Below the pieces are notes generated by a model. The model made no database searches. It was given only the letters and a program-made list of their open reading frames with translations, and was not told the origin of the DNA. This document shows, piece after piece, positions 47,681-61,300 of a stretch of 64,000 nucleotides of DNA (within the stretch, counting starts at the first letter, position 1; every line of letters starts with the position of its first letter). This DNA comes from the human T2T-CHM13v2.0 reference genome, Homo sapiens. The DNA lies in NCBI RefSeq assembly GCF_009914755.1, contig NC_060927.1, one strand, 5' to 3'. Position numbers and translations under genes: made by a program.

Positions 47681-50600
47681 ATATATTCTATAGTGTACAT
47701 AAAATATCAAATTACCCAAACTATACATTATATACTCTACATAAAATATGAAATTACATCAAATATATATTATATTAGGTACGTAAAATATGAAAGTACA
47801 TGAAATATAGATTATATACTGTACATAAAATATAAAAGTACCCCAAATGTACATTATATACTGTACATGAAATATCAAAATACACAAACTATATATTATA
47901 TACTATACATAAAATATCAAAGTACCCAAGGTATATGTTCTATGCTGTACAAAAAATATCAAAGTACCCAAACCATGTATTATATACTGTACATAAAATA
48001 TGAAATTACAACAAATATATATTTTATTCTGTACATAAAATATCAAAGTACACCAGATATATATTTTATAGTGTACATAAAATATCAAATTACCCAAACT
48101 ATACATTATATCTTGTACATAAAATATGAAATTACATCAAATATATATTATATTAGGTACGTAAAATATGAAAGTACATCAAATATAGATTATTAACTGT
48201 ACATAAAATATCAAAGTACCCCAAATATATATTATATACTGTACATGAAATATCAAAGTTCACAAACTATATATTATATACTGAAGATAAAATATCAAAG
48301 TACCCAAGGTATATATTCTATACTGTACAAAAAATATCAAAGTACCCAAAGCATGTATTATATACTGTACATAAAATATGAAAGTACATCAAATATATAT
48401 TTTATTCTGTACATAAAATAACAAAGTATACCAGATATATATTTTATAGTGTACATAAAATATCAAAGTACCCAAACTATACATTACATACTGTAAATAA
48501 AATATGAAATTACATCAAATATATATTATATTAGGAACATAAAATATGAAAGTACATCAAATATATATTAACTGTACATAAAATATCAAAGAACCCCAAA
48601 TATATATTATATACTTTACATGAGATATCAAACTTCACAAACTATATATTATATACTGTACATAAAATATCAAAGTACCCAAGGTATATATTCTATACTG
48701 TACAAAAAATATCAAAGTACCCAAAGCATGTATTATATACTGTACATAAAAAATGAAAGTACATCAAATATATATTTAATTCTGTACATAAAATATCAAT
48801 GTACACCAGATATATATTTTATAGTGTACATAAAATATCAAAGTACCCAAACTATACATTATATACTGTACATAAAATATGAAATTACATCAAATATATA
48901 TTAGGTACCTAAAATATGAAAGTACATCAAATATAGATTATTAACTGTACATAAAATATCAAAGAACCCCAAATATATATTATATACTGTACATGAAATA
49001 TCAAAGTTCACAATCTATATATTATATACTGTACATAAAATATCAAAGTACCCAACGTATATATTCTATACTGTACAAAAAATATCAAAGTACCCAAAGC
49101 ATGTATTATATACTGTACATAAAATATGAAAGTACATCAAATATATATTTTATCCTGTACATAAAATATCAAAGTACACCAGATATATATTTTATAGTGT
49201 ACATAAAATATCAAAGTACCCAAACTATACATTATATACTGTATATAAAATATGAAATTACATCAAATATATATTATATTAGGTACCTAAAATATGAAAG
49301 TACATCAAATATAGATTATTAACTGTACATAAAATATCAAAGAACCCCAAATATATATTATCTACTGTACATGAGATATCAAACTTCACAAACTCTACAT
49401 TATATACTGTACATAAAATATCGAAGTACCCAAGGTATATATTCTATACCGTACAAAAAATATCAAAGTACCCAAAGCATGTATTATATACTGTACATAA
49501 AATATGAAAGTACATCAAATATATATTTTATTCTGTACATAAAATATCAAAGTACACCAGATATATATTTTATAGTGTACATAAAATACCAAGGTACCCA
49601 AACTATACATTATATACTGTAAGTAAAATATGAAATTACATCAAATATATATTATATTAGGTACATAAAATATGAAAGTACATCAAATATAGATTATATA
49701 CTGTACATAAAATATAAAAGTACCCCAAATATATATTATATAATGCACATGAAATATCAAAGTTCACAAACTATATAGTATATACTGTACATAAAATATC
49801 AAAGTACCCAAGGTATATATTCTATACTGTACAAAAAATATCAAAGTACCCAAAGCATGTATCATATACTGTACATAAAATATGATAGTACATCAAATAT
49901 ATATATTATTCTGTACATAAAATATCAAAGTACACCAGATATATATTTTATAGTGTACATAAAATATCAAAGTACCCAAACTATACATTATATACTGTAC
50001 ATAAAATATGAAATTACATCAAATATATATTATATTAGGAACATAAAATATGAAAGTACATCAAATATAGATTATTAACTGTACATAAAATATCAAAGAA
50101 CCCCAAATATATATTATATACTGTACATGAGATATCAAACTTCACAAACTATATATTATATACTGTAGATAAAATATCAAAGTACCCAAGATATATATTC
50201 TATACTGTACAAAAAATATCAAAATACCCAAAGCATGTGTTATATACTGTACATAAAATATGAAAGTACAGCAAATATATATTTTATTCTGTACATAAAA
50301 TATCAAAGTACACCAGATATATATTTTATAGTGTACATAAAATATCAAAATACCCAAAGTATACATTATAAACTGTACATAAAATATGAAATTACATTAA
50401 TTATATATTATATTAGTTACCTAAAATATGAAAGTACATCAAATATAGATTATTAACTGTACATAAAATATCAAAGTACCCCAAATATATATTATATACT
50501 GTACATGAAATATCAAAGTTCACAAACTATATATTATATACTGTAGATAAAATATCAAAGTACCCAAGGTATATATTCCATACTGTACAAAAAATGTCAA

Positions 50601-53600
50601 AGTACCCAAAGCATGTATCATATACTGTACATAAAATATGAAGGTACATCAAATATATATATTATTCTGTACATAAAATATCAAAGTACACCAGATATAT
50701 ATTTTATAGTGTACATAAAATATCAAAGTACCCAAACTATACATTATATACTGTACATAAAATATGAAAGTACATCAAATATATATTATATTAGTTACCT
50801 AAAATATGAAAGTACATCAAATATAGATTATATACTGCACATAAAATATCAAAGTACCCCAAATATATATTATATACTGTACATGAAATATCAAAGTTCA
50901 CAAACTATATATTATATACTGTACATAAAATATCAAAGTACCCAAGGTATACATTCTATACTGTACAAAAAATATCAAAGTACCCAAAGCATGTATTATA
51001 TACTGCACATAAAATATGAAAGTACATCAAATATATATTTTATTCTGTACATAAAATATCAAAGTACACCAGATATATATTTTATAGTGTACATAAAATA
51101 TCAAAATACCGAAACTATACATTATATACTGTACATAAAATATGAAATTACATCAAATATATATTATATTAGTTACCTAAAATATGAAAGTACATCAAAT
51201 ATAGATTATATACTGTACAGAAAATATCAAAGTACCCCAAATATATATTATATACTGTACATGAAATATCAAAGTTCACAAACTATATATTATATACTGT
51301 AGATAAAATATCAAAGTACCCAAAGTATATATTCTATACTGTACAAAAAATATCAAAGTACCCAAAGCATGTATTATATACTGTACATAAAATATGAAAG
51401 TACATCAAATATATATTTTATTCTGTACATAAAATAACAAAGTACACCAGATATATATTTTATAGTGTACATAAAATATCAAAGTACCCAAACTATACAT
51501 TACATACTATACATAAAATATGAAATTACATCAAATATATATTATATTAGGAACATAAAATATGAAAGTACATCAAATATAGATTATTAACTGTACATAA
51601 AATATCAAAGAACCCCAAATATATATTATATACTGTACATGAGATATCAAACTTCACAAACTATATATTATATACTTTACATAAAATATCAAAGTACCCA
51701 AGGTATATATTCTATACTGTACAAAAAATATCAAAGTACCCAAAGCATGTATTATATACTGTACATAAAATATGAAAGTACATCAAATATATATTTAATT
51801 CTGTACATAAAATAACAAAGTACACCAGATATATATTTTATAGTGTACATAAAATATAAAAGTACCCAAACTATACATTACATACTGTACATAAAATATG
51901 AAATTACATCAAATATATATTATATTAGGAACATAAAATATGAAAGTACATCAAATATAGATTATTAATTGTACATAAATTATCAAAGAACCCCAAATAT
52001 ATATTATATACTGTACATGAGATATCAAACGTCACAAACTATATATTATATACTGTACATAAAATATCAAAGTACCCAAGGTATATATTCTATACTGTAC
52101 AAAAAATATCAAAGTACCCAAAGCATGTATTATATACTGTACATAAAATATGAAAGTACATCAAATATATATTTAATTCTGTACATAAAATAACAAAGTA
52201 CACCAGATATATATTTTATAGTGTACATAAAATATAAAAGTACCGAAACTATACATTACATACTGTACATAAAATATGAAATTACATCAAATATATATTA
52301 TATTAGGAACATAAAATATGAAAGTACATCAAATATAGATTATTAATTGTACATAAAATATCAAAGAACCCCAAATATATATTATATACTGTACATGAGA
52401 TATCAAACTTCACAAACTATATATTATATACTGTACATAAAATATCAAAGTACCCAAGGTATATATTCTATACTGTACAAAAAATATCAAAGTACCCAAA
52501 GCATGTATTATATACTGTACATAAAATATGAAAGTACATCAAATATATATTTTATTCTGTACATAAAATATCAAAGTACACCAGCTATATATTTTATAGT
52601 GTACATAAAATATCAAAGTACCCAAAGTATACATTATATACTGTACATAAAATATGAAATTACATCAAATATATATTATATTAGGTACATAAAATATGAA
52701 AGTACATCTAGTATAGATTATATACTGTACATAAAATATCAAAGTACCCCAAATATATATGATATACTGTACATGAAATATCAAAGATCACAAACTATAT
52801 ATTATATTCTGTAGATAAAATATCAAAGTACCCAAGGTATATATTCTATACTGTATAAAAAATATCAAAGTACCCAAAGCATGTATTATATACTGTACAT
52901 AAAATATGAAAGTACATCAAATATATATTTAATTCTGTACATAAAATATCAAAGTACACCAGATGTATATTTTATAGTGTACATAAAATATCAAAGTACC
53001 CAAACTATACATTATATACTGTACATAAAATACGAAATTACATCAAATATATATGATATTAGGTACATAAAATATGAAAGTACATCAATTATATATTTTA
53101 TTCTGTACATAAAATATCAAAGTACACCAGATATATATTTTATAGTGTACATAAAATATCAAAGTACCCAAACTATACATTATATACTGTACATAAAATA
53201 TGAAATTACATCAAATATATATTATATTAGGTACCTAAAATATGAAAGTACATCAAATATAGATTATTAACTGTACATAAAATATCAAAGAACCCCAAAT
53301 ATATATTATATGCTGTACATGAAATATCAAACTTCACAATCTATATATTATATACTGTAGATAAAATATCAAAGTACCCAAGGTATATATTCTATACTGT
53401 ACAAAAAATATCAAAGTACCCAAAGCATGTATTATATACTGTACATAAAATATGAAAGTACATCAAATATGTATTTTATTCTCTACATAAATTATCAAAG
53501 TACACCAGATATATATTTTATAGTGTACATAAAATATCAAAGTACCCAAACTATACATTATATACTGTACATAAAATATGAAATTACATCAAATATATAT

Positions 53601-56600
53601 TATATTAGGTACATAAAATATGAAAGTACATCTAGTATAGATTATATACTGTACATAAAATATCAAAGTAGCCCAAATATATATTATATACTGTACATGA
53701 AATATCAAAGTTCGCAAACTATATATTATATACTGAAGATAAAATATCAAAGTACCCAAGGTATATATTCTATACTGTACAAAAAATATCAAAGTATCCA
53801 CAGCATGTATTATACACTGTACATAAAATATGAAAGTACATCAAGTATATATATTATTCTGTACATAAAATATCAAAGTACACCAGATATATATTTTATA
53901 GTGTACATAAAATATCAAAGTACCCAAACTATACATTATATACTGTACATAAAGTATGAAAGTACATCAAATATATATTATATTACTTACCTAAAATATG
54001 AAAGTACATCAAATATAGATTATTAACTGTACATAAAATATCAAAGTACCCCAAATATATATTATATACTGTACAAGAAATATCAAAGTTCACAAACTAT
54101 GTATTATATACAGTAGATATAATATCAAAGTACCCAAGGTATATATTCTATACTGTACAAAAAATATCAAAGTACCCAAAGCATGTATTATATACTGTAC
54201 ATAAAATATGAAAGTACATCAAATATATATTTTATTCTGTACATAAAATATCAAAGTACACCAGATATATATTTTATAGTGTACATAAAATATCAAAGTA
54301 CCCAAACTATACATTATATCGTGTACATAAAATATGAAATTACATCAAATATATATTATATTAGGTACGTAAAATATGAAAGTACATCAAATATAGATTA
54401 TTAACTGTACATAAAATATCAAAGTACCCCAAGTATATATTATATACTGTACATGAAATATCAAAGTTCACAAACTATATATTATATACTGTAGATAAAA
54501 TATCAAAGTACCCAAGGTATATATTCTATACTGTACAAAAAATATCAAAGTACCCAAAGCATGTATTATATACTGTACATAAAATATGAAAGTACATCAA
54601 ATATATATTTTATCCTGTACATAAAATATCAAAGTACACCAGATATATATTTTATAGTGTACATAAAATATCAAAGTACCCAAACTATACATTATATACT
54701 GTACATAAAATATGAAATTACATCAAATATATATTATATTAGGTACCTAAAATATGAAAGTACATCAATTATAGATTATTAACTGTACATAAAATATCAA
54801 AGAACCCCAAATATATATTACATACTGTACATGAAATATCAAACTTCACAAACTATATATTATATACTGTACATAAAATATCAAAGTACCCAAGGTATAT
54901 ATTCTATACTGTACAAAAAATATCAAAGTTCCCAAAGCATGTATTATATACTGTACATAAAATATGAGAGTACATCAAATATATATTTTATTCTGTACAT
55001 AAAATAACAAAGTATACCAGATATATATTTTATAGTGTACATAAAATAACAACGTACCCAAACTATACATTACATACTGTACATAAAATATGAAATTACA
55101 TCAATTATATATTATATTAGGAACATAAAATATGAAAGTACATCAAATATAGATTATTAACTGTACACAAAATATCAAAGAACCCCAAATATATATTATA
55201 AACTGTACATGAAATATCAAAGTTCACAATCTATATATTATATACTGTACATAAAATATCAAAGTACCCAACGTATATATTCTATACTGTACAAAAAATA
55301 TCAAAGTACCCAAAGCATGTATTATATACTGTACATAAAATATGAAAGTACATCAAATATGTATTTTATTCTGTACATAAATTATCAACGTACAGCAGAT
55401 ATATATATTACGATGTACATAAAATATCAAAGTACCCAAACTATACATTATATACTGTACATAAAATATGAAATTACATCAAATATATATTATATTAGGA
55501 ACATAAAATATGAAAGTACATCTAGTATAGATTATATACTGTACATAAAATATCAAAGTAGCCCAAATATATATTATAGACTGTACTTGAAATATCAAAA
55601 TTTACAAAATATATATTATATAATGTACATAAAATATCAAAGTACCCAAGGTATATATTCTATACTGTACAAAAAATATCAAGGTATCCAAAGCATGTAT
55701 TATACACTGTACATAAAATATGAAAGTACATCAAATATATATATTATTCTGTACCTAAAATATCAAAGTACACCAGATATATATTCTATAGTGTACATAA
55801 AATATCAAATTACCCAAACTATACATTATATACTGTACATAAAATATGAAATTACATCAAATATATATTATATTAGGTACGTAAAATATGAAAGTACATG
55901 AAATATAGATTATATACTGTACATAAAATATAAAAGTACCCCAAATGTACATTATATACTGTACATGAAATATCAAAATACACAAACTATATATTATATA
56001 CTATACATAAAATATCAAAGTACCCAAGGTATATGTTCTATGCTGTACAAAAAATATCAAAGTACCCAAACCATGTATTATATACTGTACATAAAATATG
56101 AAATTACAACAAATATATATTTTATTCTGTACATAAAATATCAAAGTACACCAGATATATATTTTATAGTGTACATAAAATATCAAATTACCCAAACTAT
56201 ACATTATATCTTCTACATAAAATATGAAATTACATCAAATATATATTATATTAGGTACGTAAAATATGAAAGTACATCAAATATAGATTATTAACTGTAC
56301 ATAAAATATCAAAGTACCCCAAATATATATTATATACTGTACATGAAATATCAAAGTTCACAAACTATATATTATATACTGAAGATAAAATATCAAAGTA
56401 CCCAAGGTATATATTCTATACTGTACAAAAAATATCAAAGTACCCAAAGCATGTATTATATACTGTACATAAAATATGAAAGTACATCAAATATATATTT
56501 TATTCTGTACATAAAATAACAAAGTATACCAGATATATATTTTATAGTGTACATAAAATATCAAAGTACCCAAACTATACATTACATACTGTAAATAAAA

Positions 56601-58350
56601 TATGAAATTACATCAAATATGTATTATATTAGGAACATAAAATATGAAAGTACATCAAATATATATTAACTGTACATAAAATATCAAAGAACCCCAAATA
56701 TATATTATATACTTTACATGAGATATCAAACTTCACAAACTATATATTATATACTGTACATAAAATATCAAAGTACCCAAGGTATATATTCTATACTGTA
56801 CAAAAAATATCAAAGTACCCAAAGCATGTATTATATACTGTACATAAAAAATGAAAGTACATCAAATATATATTTAATTCTGTACATAAAATATCAATGT
56901 ACACCAGATATATATTTTATAGTGTACATAAAATATCAAAGTACCCAAACTATACATTATATACTGTACATAAAATATGAAATTACATCAAATATATATT
57001 AGGTACCTAAAATATGAAAGTACATCAAATATAGATTATTAACTGTACATAAAATATCAAAGAACCCCAAATATATATTATATACTGTACATGAAATATC
57101 AAAGTTCACAATCTATATATTATATACTGTACATAAAATATCAAAGTACCCAACGTATATATTCTATACTGTACAAAAAATATCAAAGTACCCAAAGCAT
57201 GTGTTATATACTGTACATAAAATATGAAAGTACATCAAATATATATTTTATTCTGTACATAAATTATCAAAGTACAGCAGATATATATATTACGAGGTAC
57301 ATAAAATATCAAAGTACCCAAACTATACATTATATACTGTACATAAAATATGAAATTACATCAAATATATATTATATTAGGAACATAAAATGTGAAAGTA
57401 CATGTAGTATAGATTATATACTGTACATAAAATATCAAAGTAGCCCAAATATATATTATACACTGTACTTGAAATATCAAAATTTACAAAAGATATATTA
57501 TATAATGTACATAAAATATCAAAGTACCCAAGTTATATATTCTATACTGTACAAAAAATATCAAAGTACCCAAAGCATGTATTACATACTGTACATAAAA
57601 GATGAAAGTACATCAAATGTATATTTTATTCTGTACATAAAATATCAAAGTACACCAGATATATATTTTAAAGTGTACATAAAATATCAAAGTACCCAAA
57701 CTATACATTATATACTGTAAATAAAATATGAAATTACATCAAATATATATTATATTAGGTACATAAAATATGAAAGTACATCAAATATAGATTATATACT
57801 GTACATAAAATATCAAAGTACCCCAAATATATATTATATACTCTACATGAAATATCAACGTTCGCAAACTATATATTATATACTGTAGATAAAATATCAA
57901 AGTACCCAAGGTATATATTCTATACTGTACAAAAAATATCAAAGTATCCAAAGCATGTATTATACACTGTACATAAAATATGAAAGAACATCAAAAATAT
58001 ATATTATTCTGTACCTAAAACATCAAAGTACACCAGATATATATTTTATAGTGTACATAAAATATCAAAGTACCCAAACTATACATTATATACTGTACAT
58101 AAAATATGAAATTACATCAAATATATATTAGGTACCTAAAATATGAAAGTACATCAAATATAGATTATTAACTGTACATAAAATATCAAAGAACCCCAAA
58201 TATATATTATATACTGTACATGAAATATCAAAGTTCACAATCTATATATTATATACTGTACATAAAATATCAAAGTACCCAACGTATATATTCTATACTG
58301 TACAAAAAATATCAAAGTACCAAAAGCATGTATTATATACTGTACATAAA
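47680..58350 (+). repeat. Diverged 9-mer domain, 'D-type' subfamily
   Basis: B monomers read about 'acaccagatatatattttatagtg'. Frequent 'gattattaactg', 'gaacccc', 'gagatatcaaact', 'aaataacaaag'. Confidence 0.75.
55778..57200 (+). repeat. Dispersed ~1.4-kb duplication of ~47680-49100 (offset 8,098)
   Basis: ORFs 47867/55965, 48620/56718, 48993/57091. Shared 3-bp deletion (~48565/56663) and 5-bp deletion (48903/57001); 193x42-8=8098. Confidence 0.9.
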
Positions 58351-58359
58351 ATATGAAAG

Positions 58360-61300
58360 TACATAAAATATCAACGTACACAAAATATATATTCTATAGT
58401 GTACACAAATATCAAAGTACCCAAACTATACATTATATACTGTACATAAAATATGAAATTACATAAAATATATATTCCATTAGGTACATAAATTATGAAA
58501 GTACATCAAATATAGATTATATACTGTACATAAAATAGCAACGTAATCCAAATATATATTTTATACTTTACATGAAATATCAAAGTTCACAAACTATATA
58601 TTATATACTGTACATAATATATCAAAGTACCCAAGGTATATATTCTATACTGTACAAAAAATATCAAAGTACCCAAAGCATGTATTATATACTGTACATG
58701 AAACATGAAAGTACATCAAATATATATTTTATTCTGTACATAAAATATCAAAGTACAACAAATATATATTCTATACTGTACATAAAATATCAAATACCCA
58801 AACTATATACTATATACTGTACACAAAATATGAAATTACATTAAATATATATTATATTAGGTACATAAAATATGAAAGTACATCAAATATAGATTATATG
58901 CTGTACAAAAAATATCAAAGTACCCCAAATACATATTATATACTGTACATGAAATATCAAAGTTCACAAACTATATATTATATACTGTACATAAAATATC
59001 AAAGTACCCAAGGTATATATTCTATACTGTACAAAAAATATCAAAGTACCCAAAGCATGTATTATATACTGTACATAAAATATGAAAGTACATCAAATAT
59101 ATATTTTATTCTATACATAAGATATCAAAGTACACCAAATATATATTCTATAGTGTACACAAATATCAAAGTATCCAAACTATACATTATATACTGTACA
59201 TAAAATATGAAATTACATCAAATATATATTATATTAGTTACATAAATTATGAAAGTACATCAAATATAGATTATATACTGTACATAAAATACCAACGTAC
59301 CCCAAATATATATTTTATACTGTAGATGAAATATCAAAGTTCACAAACTATATATTATATACTGTACATAAAATATCAAAGAACGCAAGGTATATATTCT
59401 ATACTGTACAAAAAATATATAAGTACCCAAAGCATGTATTATATACTGTACATAAAATATGAAAGTACGTCAAATATATATTTTATTCTGTACATAAGAT
59501 ATCAAAGTATACCAAATTTATATTCTATACTTTACATAAAATATCAAAGTACCCAAACTATGCATTATATACTGTACATAAAATATGAAATTACATAAAT
59601 ATATATTATATTAGGTACATAAAATATGAAAGTACATCAAATATAGATTATATACTGTCCATAAAATACCAAAGTACCCCAAATATAAATTTTATACTGT
59701 ACATGAAATATCAAAGTTCTCAAACTATATATTATATAATGCACATAAAATATCAAAGTACCCAAGCTATATATTCTATACTGTACAAAAAATATCAAAG
59801 TACCCAAAGCATGTATTATATACTGTACATAAAATATGAAAGTACATCAAATATAGATTATATACTGTCCATAAAATACCAAAGTACCCAAATATATATT
59901 ATATACTGTACATGAAATATCAAAGTTCACAAACTATATATTATATACTGTACATAAAATATGAATATACCCAAGGTATATATTCTATACTGTACAAAAA
60001 ATATCAAAGTACGCATACCATGTATTATATACTGTACATAAAATATGAAAGTACATCAAATATATATTTTATTCTGTACATAAAATATCAAAGTACACCG
60101 AATATATATTCTACAGTGTACATAAAATATCAAATTACCCAAACTATACATTATATACTGTACATAAAATATGAAATTACATCAAATATATGTTATATTA
60201 GGTACTTAAAATATGAAAGTACATCAAATATAGATTATATACTGTACATAAAATATGAAAGTACCCCAAATATATATTATATACTGTACATGAAATATCA
60301 AAGTTCACAAACTATATATTATATACTGCACATAAAATATGAATGTACCCAAGATATATATTCTATACTGTACAAAAAATATCAAAGTACCCAAAGCATG
60401 TAATATATACTGTACAGAAAATATGAAAGTACATCAAATATATATTTTATTCTGTACATAAAATATCAAAGTACACGAAATATATATTCTATAGTGTAGA
60501 TAAAATATCAAAGTACCCAAACTATACATTATATACTGTACATAAAATATGAAATTACGTCAAATATATATTATATTAGGTACATAAAATATGAAAGTAC
60601 ATCAAATATAGATTATATACTGTCCATAAAATACCAAAGTACCTCAAATATAAATTTTATACTGTACATGAAATATCAAAGTTCACAAACTATATATTAC
60701 ATACTGCACATAAAATATCAAAGTACCCAAGGTATATATTCTATACTGTACAGAAAATATCAAAGTACCCAAAGCATGTATTATATACTGTACATAAAAT
60801 ATGAAAGTACATCAAATATATATTTTATTCTGTACATAAAATATCAATGTACACCAAATATATATTCTATAGTGTACATAAAATATCAAAGTACCCAAAC
60901 TATACATTATATACTGTACATAAAATATGAAATTACATCAAATATATATTATATTAGGTACATAAAATATGAAATACATCAAATATAGATTATATACTGT
61001 ACATGAAATACCAAAGTACCCCAAATATATATTTTATACTGTACATGAAATATCAAAGTTCACAAACTATATATTATATACTGTACATAAAATATCAAAG
61101 TACCCAAGGTATATATTCTATACTGTACAAAACATATCAAAGTACCCAAAGCATGTATTATATACTGTACATAAAATATGAAAGTACATGAAATATATAT
61201 TTTATTCTGTACAAAAAATATCAAAGTACACCAAATATATATTCTATACTGTACGTAAAATATCAAAGTACCCAAACTATACATTATATTCTGTATATAA

